Positions 21,903-35,021 of a stretch of 64,000 nt of DNA are shown here, one piece after another. Below the pieces are notes generated by a model. It did not search any database and had not been told where the DNA came from. It was given only the letters and a program-made list of their open reading frames with translations. How positions within the stretch are numbered: the stretch's first letter is position 1; each line of letters starts with the position of its first letter. Source of the stretch: Squalus acanthias. Taxonomy: Eukaryota. Location: assembly GCA_030390025.1 (NCBI GenBank), contig CM059431.1, positions 121,646,001 through 121,710,000 of the forward strand. The letters are read 5' to 3'. The translations under genes and the position numbers were made by a program.

Positions 21903-24900
21903 GGCCAGAATTTTCTGTACCTGGGCGGGTCGGGTGTGGGCGGTCGGCGTGGCAGGTCGCGACCCCGTTGTTGCTTCCATCCCGCTGCAGAAATCAAATT
22001 TGTGCTAATGGGGCCTATAACGCCCGCCCTGCGTGTTACCCGGCCCTATTAAATGGTGCGGGTCTGATGACATCATCGATGATGCGTTTTCAGCTGGGAT
22101 ATTTAAAGGACCCATGGCTACATTGCACTTGAAGGTTCATCTAGGAGTGCAAGGGGCTCTGACAGGGTTTGCGATCCCGACATCTGCAAATGTTCAGAGA
22201 ATGGAGGAGTCCATCACCAACATGAGCACCACCATCTCCCAGGCGATGGCGACTGTAGGCTCTTCCATGGGTCGGTAGGCCACCTGCATGGAGCAGCTAA
22301 AGTGCCACTCACAGGAGCACATGGTCTCTATGGAGAATAGATGGCTATCTATGGAGAATAGATTTCTATCTATGGAGAATAGATGACAGAGGCTCATTGA
22401 CCTCCTGTCTAGGAGGGATATCAACGTAGACGTGGGTCCTCTTGACCCCACTGATGTGCAGCTAAGTGCTCTCCAGCTCCTTGCTAGCAGGGAAGTGCGA
22501 GTGGCCCATGATAGGGATGACGGTGAGAGGGGACATGGAAGTGTGGGCTCCTCTCAAAGCGCTTACACTTCCCCCCTGTTGCCATCCCCTCTGTTAGAGC
22601 CCCAGATGCCTCCTCGGACAGCGATGGCCAAGTCTGCCCTTGCACAGTCACAGGAGGAGCAGACTTCAGCGGGACCTTCACAGACTCCAAAACCCAAGAG
22701 TGTCTAAACAGTCACAACAGGGAAGTGAGCAGGCTGCCTCTACCTCTGTTGAAGCCACAGGGGTAGCACCTCATAGAAGCACGTGGAAGAGAAAGATGAC
22801 ACACAAGTAGATTCACAAGGATAGCTACTTGGCTGTTTTAGTCAATGTTAATGGCAAGTTTCCGTTAATGTATTGTCAACCATTACATACTTTAGTTTCA
22901 CCACTTTTCCGCCATGGACACATTTGTATGCACCTTTGGAAGTGGCTTAGTGAGCTGGAGTGAATGGTGAGACATAACGAAACCTCCTGCAATGGTGGTC
23001 AGCATGAAAGCAATGGCTTGGTCATTGTATGGATGCTTTATGGTGTTGGTGTGGGGTGGTGCCAACAGAAGAACATAAGAAATAAGCACGCGGAAGAGAA
23101 AGATGATACACAAGTAGATTCACAAGGGTAGCCACTTGGGTGTTTTATTCAATGTTAATATCAAGTTTCTGTTAATGTGATGTCAACCATAAACATCTTT
23201 ATTTTCACCACTTTCTGGTCTTTGGCAAATTTGTGTGCACCTTTGGAAGTGGATTAGTGAGTTGCAGTGAATGGTGAGACATAATGGTACCTCCAGCAAT
23301 GGTGGTCAGTGTGAAAGGAATGGCTTAGTCATTGTAGGGATTCTTTATGGTGTTGGTGTGGGATGGTGCCAACCTGGCGCAACATGTGGCAGCCATATGA
23401 GTGTTCTGTGTAAATCTGGACATGATGAGGGCATCCCTGGCCTCCTGGGCAGCAATGTGCTTGGGTATTGGTGGGATCTGGCCCGCAGTTTCCTCCTCAT
23501 CCTGCTCCTCCTCCTCTGAAGAGGCTGTGCACTTAGTGCCTTGCTCCTCATGCAGCGCTAATCCTTGCTGCTGTGCTATGTTGTGTAGGGCGCAGCAGAT
23601 CATGACGATTCTAGAGACCCTGGCTGGTGCATACTGAAGAGCTCCTCCAGATCTGTCAAGGCATCTGAAGCGCATTTTGGGCATGCCTATTGTCTGCTCT
23701 ATGACACATCTGGTGGAAATTTGGCTTTCATTATATCTCTCCTGGGCCTCAGTTTTGGCCTCCTCAAGGGTGTCATGAACCATGTCTTCAGTGGATAGCT
23801 CTTGTCTCAAAGCAGCCAGCCGGAAAGTCTGTTTGGAGGAGCGAAGAGCTGAGGGAGGGCGGACTGGCGAAGGATGAAAGAGGCCATGGCAGCTGCCGGG
23901 GAATTTGGCGCACACATGCATGATGATCTTCCTATGGTTGCAGACCAGCTGCACATTAAGGGAGTGGAAGCCCTTGTGGTTGACAAAGACTCTTGGGTGA
24001 TGATGGTGTGCTCTGATGGCCACATGCGTGCAGTCGATGATGCCCTACACCCATGGGAAATCAGCCAGAGTGGCAAAGCTCACTCAATAACATTTGCTTC
24101 ATCAGTGTTAAAGTTGATATGATTGGCTGACTTGTCAAAGAGGGCATCGGTGACCTGTGTGATGCATCTGTGGGTGGGCGTCTGCGAGATGCCAAATTGT
24201 CTGCTGCAGATCCCTGGATGAAGCCTGGGGCGAAGAAGTTGAGGGCACTGGGGACTTTGACAGCCACTGGTAAGGCATGTCCACCCGCTTCTCTGGGCTG
24301 CAGATCTTACTTGAGCAGTGTGCAATTGTCTTTAATGACCTGGCGCGATAGCCTGAGCCTCCTTTGGCACTGCTGCTCAGTCATGTTGAGGAAGTCCTGC
24401 ATACCGTGTGTTGGGGGTACCACCTCCGGCATGGTGCAGCCCTGCGCTGATGCACTCTGTCCTGCGCAGCATCAGGTGGTTGAGGAGAAGGTTGGTGGTA
24501 TTGTTCTTGGTGCTGATGGTGTATCTGGTGCTGCTGGTGTTGGGGCTCATCGTGGTCCGATTCTGAGGACCAAGGTAAGAGAGTATAAATGGCACCCAGG
24601 CTGACGGAATAGATGACAGGTCAAGTAGAGATAAGAGAAGCAATCTGTCAGTGGAGTGATAGGTTGTACCAATGAGGTGAGACTGGTTTGCAACTTTGCT
24701 GCAAACATTTACATCCTGTAGAAAGCTCAATCTGTACTGGGAATGTAGTTAACAACAGCATCTGCCTGAGGAAAGTGACCAGCTGTGAGGTGGGAACTTT
24801 TATGGTACATTTCATGCTGTCATCTAATCAGCTGGAGCCATGGCCACTCAACTCCCGCCTCAGGCTGACAGACGTGGTTCCCGAGCTGTGTGAATCCCAT

Positions 24901-25148
24901 GGGCAGCCAGGGAAATTTGAAAGGTAGGCTGAAAAAGGTGCTTAAGGGTCTGACAGCAAGGTGATAATGATTTGAATTAGGTCGCCCGCCTGTGCCGTTC
25001 AGGTTGCTGCCGCACCGGCAAACGCGCCCGAGGGAAAGGCACGCGGGGGCGGGATGATGGCGGGATCCCGAACCGCTCCATATTATTTCCAATTTCCCAC
25101 CCGACCCACCTCCGATCGCGCCTGCACGGACCCCAGAATATTCTGGCC
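21903..25148. mobile_element. PIF/Harbinger transposon: transposase relic on minus (about 24600-23400) and Myb-gene 3' part on plus (about 22150-22810)
   Basis: TIRs GGCCAGAATWTTCT. Transposase motifs GIIDCTHVAI-like, [21 protein letters not shown] and CCALHN. Plus strand RMEESITNMS matches Myb exon 3 of the 14988 element. Confidence 0.92.
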
Positions 25149-26994
25149 TTCGGTTGTGAATTTTATCCAGTGTACTGAAAACATTTTATCATTCATAAAG
25201 CAATTCTGCTAAACAAATATATTGTCCATCATTTCTAAATAGTTACGATTTTCATGTTCACTTTAATAAGAAAACTGTTGAATGCAGATTGAGGTCAATA
25301 ATCCTTTTTGTAGTCAGAGCTATTCAGCTACATATTTGATCCCAGGAGCCACTTTTCTCACCCCTTGTGTCTTTCCTTAATCTCTTGATGCTGTTGATTG
25401 AGTTTTAATCTTGGATAAAATGAAAGTTCTCAGGCTAGGTTTAACAAATGTGAATCCTTAGCAACTTAAAACCATTTTATGATTGTACTTTTATGCAGAA
25501 GCAGTTTGCCCCCTCCCAAAACTTAAAACAGCACTCCAAGATCTCTCAAAAATACTTTTCTAAATGTAGCCTGCCTTACCTGAAACCAATCTATTGAAAG
25601 AAATTTAGGACACATGTGCAGTTTGTTGATCTGATAGTATGCAACTTACTGGTAGAACAGAGGTTGAATCTATAGATAAAAGTGTGAGGATAAAATATAT
25701 GGCATGATATATGCTGCAAAGTAGATTAATACAAAAAATATGAAATTGTACATTAAATGGGGGAGTCTAAATTGATTAGTGTATGTTCTGAACTGCAAAA
25801 TATTGGTTTATTAAAACAATGATTTCTTTCCTGCAATATCAAAGATATAATTTGCTGCTGCACTAGAACAGTGTGCTATATTTAATCCAAATATCTTTAA
25901 CATTTCAGCACAACAAGGAGTTCCAATATCAAAACGACAGCTGTTTAGGAGTGTTAGCTGACTATGTCAGCTTGTAACTCACACCAAAATAATAATGGTT
26001 GTATAATTTATACCATGGCCAGCATTGTTCCCCCCTTGAGGATCATACTCAGCATGCCAGGTTTTCACTGAACTGCTTTATGACCCTTACATGGCTATTG
26101 CAGAATATATAAAATTCAGAAGCTCCAACAGATGTTGTCACTTGATCCATCCACTGCAGAAAATCATGTTGTAACTAATTGTGACAGCTGCGGTGACAGA
26201 CCACTTGATAATGCTGGGAGAATCTGGGTGAATGGTACCACATTTAATAACAAGACATTGACGCCATCTTTCGCAGCGACTGCTTCAGCATACAGCCGCT
26301 TTTCCCTTTTTTCTTTGGCCCATGATGAGCATTCTCTCGAACAGATGTTTGTTTCTGGTCAATCCTGCAACCTGCCAGCTCATGACTTACAATGTCACTG
26401 TCACTGCGTAACTTGAAAGGAGGTCGAGATTAAGTAAAATATAAACTACTATTGCCAGCTGATTGCTGATGGTGTCACAGCTTCTTTGATGTAATGATGT
26501 TACTTCATACCACATGATCTACATTAGTCCACTCTCAGCTTTATTGTTACATTCTCTACCTTAGCTATGCTTATGTTCTTTCATACCTACCTCATGGTGT
26601 TCTGCACATGATTCCTATTCAACAAGACTGGTTAACCAGTTAATTAATTTGTGACTTTATGTTGTTTATCTAGTATACAATTATGTTCACCTGTTAGATA
26701 TACATGTGACCATGTTTCCTCTACTTTAATGCTTGATAAAGTCCATTATGGTTTATCTAACATTATGGATTATTGTCAAGTAATACAGTTTTGTGCAGAA
26801 TGCCAATTGTTATGTCACATGACAGAATGAATCATTGTAGCAATAGGTAGAGGCAACTATACAGTAATATGTTCCAAGTATGTTACACAAAAATAAAAAC
26901 CTGAAGACCATTGCAGGTTGGAGATCCCAGGGTTGTCAATGCTCTTGGAGAACCCAGTGCCTTCTACTAGTATGGCTGATTAGCACTTCTCTAC

Positions 26995-27132
26995 AACTTT
27001 GACAAAGCTTTTGGTCACATGTCCTCACGGCACCTTCTTTAGCTCGGTGTCAATTCTTGGCTGTGAAGCGCCTTGAGATGTTTTACTACGTTAAAGGTGC
27101 GCTGTAAATGCAAGTTGTTGATGTTGTTGTTA
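26995..27132 (+). mobile_element. L2-type LINE 3' tail
   Basis: CTGTGAAGCGCCTTGAGATGTTTTACTACGTTAAAGGTGCGCTGTAAATGCAAG(TTG)n; same tail as 34940-35006. Confidence 0.7.
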
Positions 27133-27689
27133 TTAATAGATAAATAGGCCCCGATATTAATGGGGGTCGGAAAGGGTGCAAGGGAGCGTGGTGGCGCAGA
27201 GAAAACAGGCAAGGCTGGGGATGTGGAGGCCCTGCTGATCTTAGCAGCAGGGCTTCATTTAAATAATCTTCTGCAGACTTCCATCCGCCAGCCAGCCAAA
27301 TTGACAGACTGACCCCAAAATAACGGCAGGAGACCACAGCCGGGGACCGGTGGGGACAATTTCTGGCAGTCAATAGAGGCTGAAGGCTTCTGGCCACAAT
27401 CGGGGATGAGTGGGGGGTGAGCGAGAACATCGGAGCTGCCATCGGGGCTGGGGGGGGTGGTGGGTGCGAGAATATTGGAGCTGCCATTAGGGCTGGATGG
27501 GGGGGTTGCAGGGGAGAGTGAGGACATCTGGTTGCGATCGGGAGGGGGGAGAGAACCAGGACATTGGATCCAAGATCAGGGTTGAGGAGGCCAAAGGCTG
27601 TCTTGTGAGACCTGGTGGGAGCACTCCTGCTCCTCCTGGCCCATAAAGAGTGCTAAAAGGAGCTGATCTTTTAGCACTCCTTTTACCTT

Positions 27690-27912
27690 GACCAGGCAGC
27701 ACCTCCGACCTCAGATCTTCGACAGCACCTCCCAAACCTGCGACTTCTATCACCTAGAAGGACAAGGGCAGCAGGAGCATGGGAACACCACCACCTCCAA
27801 GTTCCCCTCCAAGTCACACACCATCCTGATTGGAAATATATCGCCGTTCATTTATCATCGTTGGGTCAAAATCCTGGAACTCCCTACCTTCTCAAGGTCA
27901 ATTAGGGATGGG
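27690..27912 (+). mobile_element. 3' fragment of the LINE family seen at 30934-34180
   Basis: Aligns by eye to 33850-34120 (CAGCACCTCCCAAACC...AATTAGGGATGGGC). Confidence 0.75.
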
Positions 27913-28247
27913 CGGAGGTGCCGTATTTTGGATGAGATGATAAACCGAGCCCTCATCTTCCCTTTCAGGTGAATGTAAAAGATCCCACACACTATTTTGA
28001 AGAAGAGCAGGGGAGTTCTCCCTGGTGTCTTGGCCAATATTTATCGCTTAACCAACATCACTAAAACAGATTATCTTGTCATTATCACATTGCTTTTTGT
28101 GGGACTTTGTTTTGTGCAAATTAGCTGCAATGTTCCCTTACCTTACAGCAGTGATTACATGTCAATGATACTTCATTGGTTGTGAAGTGCTTTGGGACAT
28201 CCTGGGTTTGTAAAGGGCACTCTATAACTGCAAGTTTGTTCTTTCTT
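27913..28247 (+). mobile_element. Deu-domain SINE, headless copy
   Basis: GTAAAAGATCCCA..GAAGAAGAGCAGGGGAGTTCTCCCTGGTGTC..GGCCAATATTTAT Deu core plus tail. Confidence 0.8.
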
Positions 28248-28596
28248 TTATGGCATTCAGGCTCCATCAGGAAAATATATTTTCTATTAGATGCAATTAG
28301 TACCAATTCAACATGTCTTGTAAATCTACATCTATATTAGACAAGACTTGTTTTTGAATTATTTTGATTAAAGGAGCAATTAGGATGATATGTTAAACTG
28401 TCTGCCTGTTCCAGTGGTTCAGATGGGCATCAAAGATCCTGTTCAAACAAAAGCAGGGCGTTCTCCCTGGCTAACATTTCTCCTTCAATCAATTAAACTA
28501 AAATGATTAACTAGTCATTCATCTTGTTTCTGTTTGTGAGTTCTTGTTGTATGCAAAATGGTTGCCATATTTGTTTCAGCAATCACTTTAAGTGTC

Positions 28597-29032
28597 AACC
28601 ATGGCTCAGTAGTAGCACTCATGCCTCTGAGTCAGAAGGTTGAGGGTTCAAATTCCCACTCCAGGGACTTGAGCACAAAATCTAGGCTGACATTCCAGTG
28701 CAGTACCGAGGGAGTGTTGCATTGTCGGAGGTGCCATATTTTTGAGATGTTAAACCAAGGCCCCAAAAAATCCCACAACACTAATTCAAAGAAGAGCAGG
28801 GGAGTTCTCCCTGGTGTCCAGGCCAATATTTATCCCCTAACCAACATGACTAAGACAAATTATCTGGTCATTACCACATTGCTGTTTGTGGGACCTTGCT
28901 GTAACCAAATTGGCTGCTGTGTTCCCGATATTACAACAGGGATTACACTTCAAAAAGTACTTCATTGGTTGCAAAGTGCTGTGGGACATCCTGAGGTAAA
29001 GAAAGGTGCTATATAAATACAAGTTCTTTCTT
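28597..29032 (+). mobile_element. tRNA-headed Deu-domain SINE (SacSINE1/AmnSINE1 superfamily), near full length
   Basis: A box TGGCTCAGTAG, B box GGTTCAAATTCC, Deu core and tail AGGTGCTATATAAATACAAG(TTCT)n. Confidence 0.85.
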
Positions 29033-30933
29033 TACTCTAAAATAATTGTTAAATTTGTGTTGGGCTCTGAATTATTCATCCACTCAAAATTCATGAGGCC
29101 CCCGCCTGCCTACAGCAAGCAGCCTCAACACTCTTGAAAATCTGGGAGTTAAAATGGTGGGGTTGGGAATGCAGTGCGAACACTGCAGGTAGCAACTGGC
29201 TGCCATTTTAACCCCTCGCCCATCCCTTTCCCACCAGGCGGGCAGAGTTAAAATCAGGACTAACAAATTTCAATCTATAATGCAATGACAAGATTTATTT
29301 ATGAATTACAGTTTTCTTGCTATGTAAACAGAAATTATTTGTGCTTTCCAATTTATGTATTCTGAATTTTTGTGCACTTATAATTGTCTATAGATGGAAA
29401 TGAAATAGATTCCATTACTTTTACCTACATTTTGAATATTGCCTTTTTATTTTGTTGTTAATGAAAAGATTTCTGGCTAGTTACCACAAAGGGTTTTTCA
29501 TACCTGGTCAAAAACAGGTAAAAAAATGAAAGAATAAATGTCTCTGTGCAATTTACCTAATGTGGGAGCAGTAAGCCATAAACAAACGAAGGCAGCAGGA
29601 ACATAGGCTTTATCTACAGGAATATATCAAAGCTGCCTAATCTGTCTCTCCACATCAATTTAATCCTCTTATCATCTTACCTCACTAAAACGTACATGTC
29701 CATAAGCTGCACAGTATGCATTCACTTGCATCTGAGAAGAATTGCAATAAATTCTGAATGTTAGGAGTGGGAAACTGCGGTACACAAAACGTTTTTCACT
29801 GTGGCTATTTCCCAAGTCTCAATTTGTAAATAAACATATCCTGCTGCGTCTCACATGTTTGTTGTAGTGTTGTAAATATTCATACTGATGCTGTATGTTA
29901 ACATTACTTGCACATGACTTGCTAGTATCGGATCGTTTTACTTCGCTCTGTACTTGCTCAATCTGAGGCCAAAGATGATGCTGAACAGTAAATGCTGGTC
30001 AGGAAGCGATAACGACATTTATGTTAAACTTGGTTGCTGTAACAAATATTAAATATGCAGATTGCCAACCATTAACTTGTGTAAATGATTGCTGTAGCTC
30101 TATAATATTCATTTATTAGCTGAGACATAAGTAAATACAACAGTTTGAACTTAATTTGTTTGCTTTAATAAACATAATAGATATTTTCCAGATGATTGCA
30201 ATAATCCAGCATTTGTTTAAGCAATTGAACAGTACAAAATGCAGTAGAAAAGAACGGATACAAAAAGATCCCAGAACATACATACAGGTTAAGTTCAAAT
30301 GTTGACTAAAGAAAAACTTGGTCGGCAGCATATGATTTTGTTTTCTTTCTTATTTGTTGTCCCTAATCCAACATGTCAGATGATTCAGAGATATGTAGAT
30401 GGCTCTTGGGACTTTGTTGAACTTCATCAAATAATGTGGCATGAGAAATCATTTGTCAAGCGTATTTAATTTTTAATTGGACTTTCAGCTTCACAAGTTA
30501 AATGCACATAAGGGAGGTCATCTGCCGTCCTGGCACATCCATCAAGAAAAGTTCCTGCAGTTCCTGCCAACACAACATCAACTGTTTACAAAATTATTCC
30601 AGGATTTTTGACTCCAATACTCCATCTGGAAGTTCATTCAAATGTTGATCACTTTTACCAGATTGAGTTTATGTCCCCTTGTCACACTCAAGATTAAGTA
30701 ATGTTCTGATTTTACCTTTTTATACTTTGTGCTATCTTATATATGTGTCATCTTGGCTCAGCGGTAGCTTTCTTGGCTTTGAGTCAGAAAGTTGTGAGTT
30801 TAGTTTCCACTCCAGAATTTGAGCACTTGATCTAGGCGGAAACTTCAGTGCAGTACTGAGGGAATGCTGCATTGTTGTAAATGTATGTATTTCAAATGAG
30901 ATGATAAATGTCTGCTTATTCAGCTCGACATAA

Positions 30934-33900
30934 GGAACGGTAGCGTAGTGGTAATGTCACTGGGCTAATAATCCAGAGGCCTGGACTAATGATCCAGAGA
31001 CGTGAGTTCAAATCCCACCACGGCAGCTGGGGAATTTAAATTCAGTTAATTAAATAAATCTGAAATAAAAAGCTAGTATCAGTAATGGTAACCATGAAAC
31101 TATCGGATAGTCGTAAAAACCCATCTGGTTCACTAATGTCCTTTAGGGAAGGAAATCTGCTGGTCTGACCTGTATGTGAATCCAGACCCACAGCAATGTG
31201 GTTGACTCTTAATTGCCCTCTGAAATGGTCCAACAAGCCACTCAGTTGTAACAAACCACTACGAAACAAAATAATAAAAATGAAACCGGATGGACCACCC
31301 AGCATCAACCTCGGCGCTGGTTACAGACACGGCAACGGCACACCCAGCCTAGTCAACCCTCCTCACCAACTCCTCACCAACATCTGGGGACTTGTGCCAA
31401 AATTGGGAGAGCTGTCCCATAGACTAGTCAAGTAACAGCCTGACATAGGTCATACTCACAGAATCATACCTTTCAGCCAATGTCCCAAACTCCTCCATCA
31501 CCATGCCCAGGACAGACCCACCAGGGGTGGTGGCACAGTGGTATACAGTTGGGGAGGAGTGGCTCTGGGAGTCCTCAACATTGACTCCAGACCCCATGAA
31601 GTCTCATGGCTTCAGGTCAAGCAAGGAAAACTCCTGCTTATTACCACCTACTGCCCTCCCTCAGCTGATGAATCAGTACTCCTTCAAGTTGAACAGCACT
31701 GAGAGTAGCAAGGGCACAAAATGTACTCTGGGTGGGAGACTTCAAAGTCCATTACCAAGAGTGGCTCGGTAGCACCACTACTGACCGAGCTGGCGAGTCC
31801 TGAAGGACATAGCTGCCAGTCTGGGCCTGCGACAGGTGGTGAGAGAACCAACACAAGGGAAAAACCTACTTGACCTCATCCTCACCAATCTACCTGTCGC
31901 AGATGCATCTGTCCATGACAGTATTGGTAGCAGTGACCACCGTACAGTCATTGTGGAGATGAAGTCCCGTCTTCACAATGAGGACACCCTCCATCGTGTT
32001 GTGTGGCACTAACACCGTGCTAAATGGGATAGATTCAGAACAGATCTAGCAGCTTGAAACTGGGCATCCATGAGTCACTGTGGGCCATCAGCAGCAGCAT
32101 AACTGTATTCACCACAATCTGTAACCTCATGTACCCAGCATATCGCTCACTCTACCATTACCATCAAGCCAGGGGACCAACCCTGGTTCAATAAGGAGTG
32201 TAGAAGAGTATGCCAGGAGCAGCACCAGGCGTACCTAAAAATGAGGTGCCAACCTGGGGAAACTTCAACACAGGACTACATGCATGCTAAAAAGTGGAAG
32301 CAGCATGCTATAGACATGGCTAAGCGAACCCACAATCAACGGATCCGATCAAAGCTCTGCAGTCCTGCCACGTCATGCATGGTGGTGGACCATTAAACAA
32401 CTAACGGGAAAAAGGGGCTCGATGAATATCCCCATCCTCAATGATGGTGGAGCCCAGCGCGTGAGTGCAAAAGACAAGGCTGAAGCATTTGCAACTATCT
32501 TCAGCCAGAAGTGCCGAGTGGATGATCCATATCGGCCTCCTCCCGAGGTCCCCACCATCACAGAAGTCAGTCTTCACTCCACGTGATATCAAGAAACAGC
32601 TCAGCGCACTGGATACAGCAAAGGCTATTGGCCCTGACAACATCCCGGCTATCGTGCTGAAGACTTGTGCTCCAGAACTAGCCGCGCCTCTAGCCAAGCT
32701 GTTCCAGTACAGCTACAACACTGGCATCTATCCGACAATATGGAAAACTGCCCAGGTATGTCCTGTCCACAAAAAGCAAGACAAATCCAACCCGACGTAT
32801 TACCGCCCCATCAGTCTACTCTCAATCATCAGCAAAGTGATGGAAGGTGTCATCGACAGTGCTATCAAGCGGCATTTCTTCACCAATAGCCTACTCACTG
32901 ATGCCCAGTTTGGGTTCCGCCAAGACGACTCGGCTCCCGACCTCATTACAGCCTTGGTCCAAACATGGACAAATGAGCTGAATTCCAGAGGTGAGGTGAG
33001 AGTGACTGCCCTTGACATCAATGCAGCATTTGACCGAGTGTGGCATCAAAGAGCCCTAACAAAACTTAAGTCAATGGGAATCGGGGGGAAAACTCTCCAC
33101 TTGCTGGAGTCATACCTAGCACAAAGGAAGATGGTTGTGGTGGTTGAAGGTCAATCATCACAGCCCCAGGACATCACTTCAGGAGTTCCTCAGAGCAGTG
33201 TCCAAGGCCCAACCATCTTCAGCTGCTTCATCAATGACCTTCCCTCCAACATAAGGTCAGAAATGGGGATGTTCGCTGATGACTGCACAGTGTTCAGAGC
33301 CATTCACAACTCCTCAGATAATGAAGCTGTCCATGCCCGCATGCAACAAGACCTGGACGACATTCAGGCTTGGGCTGGTAAGTGGCAGATAACATTCGCA
33401 CCACAGAAGGGTCAGAAAATGACTATCTTCAACAAGCGAGAGTCTAAACACCGCACCTTGACATTCAATGGCATTACCATCGCCGACTCCCCCACCATCA
33501 ACATCCTGGGGGTAACCATTGACCAGAAACTTAAAGGGACCAGCCACATAAATACTGTGGCAACAAGAGCAGGTCAGAGGCTAGGTATTCTGCGGCGAGT
33601 GTCTCACCTCCTGACTCCCATAAACCTTTCTACCATCTACAAGGCACAAGTCAGGAGTGTGATGGAATACTCTCCAGTTGCCTGGATGAATGCAACTCCA
33701 ACAACACTCAAGAAGCTCGACACCATCCAGGACAAAGCAGCCCGCTTGATTGGCACCCCCCCTACCACCTTAAACATTCAGTCCCTCCACCACCGGTGTA
33801 CCGTGGCTGCAGTGTGTACCATCTACAAGATGCACTGCAGCAACTCACCAAGGCTTCTTCGGCAGCACCTCCCAAACCCGCGACCTCTTCCACCTAGAAG

Positions 33901-34180
33901 GACAAGGGCAGCAGGCGAATGGGAATACCACAACCTCCAATTTCCCCTCCAAATCATACATCATCCTGACTTAGAAGTATATCGCCGATCCTTCATCGTT
34001 GCTGGGTCAAAATCCTGGCACTCCCTCCCTAACAGCACTATGGGAGTACCTTCACCACACGGACTGCAGCGGTTCAGGAAGGCAGCTCACCACCTTCTCA
34101 AGGGCAATTAGCGATGGGCAATAAATGCTGGCCTCGCCAGCGACGCCCACATCCCATAAAAAAACTAAAAGAAAAAAAAA
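30934..34180 (+). mobile_element. Apparently full-length single-ORF non-LTR retrotransposon (APE plus RT) with a tRNA-derived 5' head
   Basis: 5' A box TAGCGTAGTGG and B box GAGTTCAAATCC. APE motifs NIWGL, LTESYL, GDF, LDLILT and SDH, then RT. 3' UTR with AATAAA and an A-rich tail. Confidence 0.9.
31370..34111 (+). pseudogene. LINE endonuclease / reverse transcriptase; RT part open for 548 codons (32465-34111), EN part disrupted
   Basis: YRPISLLSIISKVMEG, QFGFR, DINAAFDRVWH, GVPQSSVQGP, FADD, ILGVTID. Confidence 0.93.
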
Positions 34181-34599
34181 GATCCCATGGTATTATTTGA
34201 AGAAGAACAGGAAAGTTGTCATGATATCCTGGCCAACATTCATCCCTCAACCAACACCACCTAAACAAACTAACTGCATCATTCCACTGCTGTTTGTGGG
34301 ACCTTGCTGTGTGCAAATTGGTTACTGCATCTAACTGCAAAACATGTGACTATAATTCAAAAGTAATCCATTGGCTGTGATGCACTTTGGGATATTCTGG
34401 GGACATGAAACTCTGAGGCTCCAAACAACCCTCCTTCTTTACTTCTCAAGTTGCCATGAGTTTTGCTATTTAGCTATGAATAATCATCTAAAATCAAAGT
34501 ATTTTATTAAAATAGGCACAGAATGTATAATTTTAAAATTTGGACTCAATTATGTATGCGTCCAATTATCCCTGACCTTCTCACCCCACTTCAGCTGAA

Positions 34600-35006
34600 G
34601 ATTACAACGCCTCAAATTTAAAATTCTCATTCTTGTTTTCAAATCCCTCCATGGCCTCACCGCTCCCTATCTCTGTAATCTCCACCATCCCGACAATCCT
34701 TCGCGATCTCTGCCTAAATCCAACTCTGGCCTCTTGTGCATCCCCGATTTCTATCCGCCCACCATTGGCGGCCGTGCCTTCAGCTGCCAATGCCCTAAGA
34801 TCTAGAATTCCCTCCCTAAACCTCTCTGCATATCTACCTCTCTCTCTGCTTTTACGATGATCCTTAAAACCTACCTCTTTGACCAGTCCTAATATCTCTT
34901 TATGTTGCTGGGTGTCAAATTTTGTCTGATATTGCTGCCGTTAAGTGCGTTGGAATGTTTTACTATGTTAAAGGCACTCTATAAATGCAAGCTGTTGTTG
35001 TTGTTG
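34600..35006 (+). mobile_element. L2 LINE 3' end
   Basis: QRLKFKILILVFKSLHGLTAPYL...GGRAFS, typical of an L2 ORF2 C-terminus, and a (TTG)n tail. Confidence 0.85.
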
Positions 35007-35021
35007 TGCACTTGGATCACT

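Larger units (their letters stand above)
30747..34410 (+). mobile_element. Deu-domain SINE split into 30747-30933 and about 34180-34410 by a LINE insertion
   Basis: Left half ends ...GACATAA and right half starts AAGATCCCATGG..GAAGAAG. Together they match the intact GTAAAAGATCCCA of other copies. Confidence 0.8.

Noticed and set aside
30934..31025. Genuine tRNA gene (likewise at 28597 and 52015)
   Set aside because: A and B boxes only, with no convincing cloverleaf or terminator; continues into retroelement sequence.
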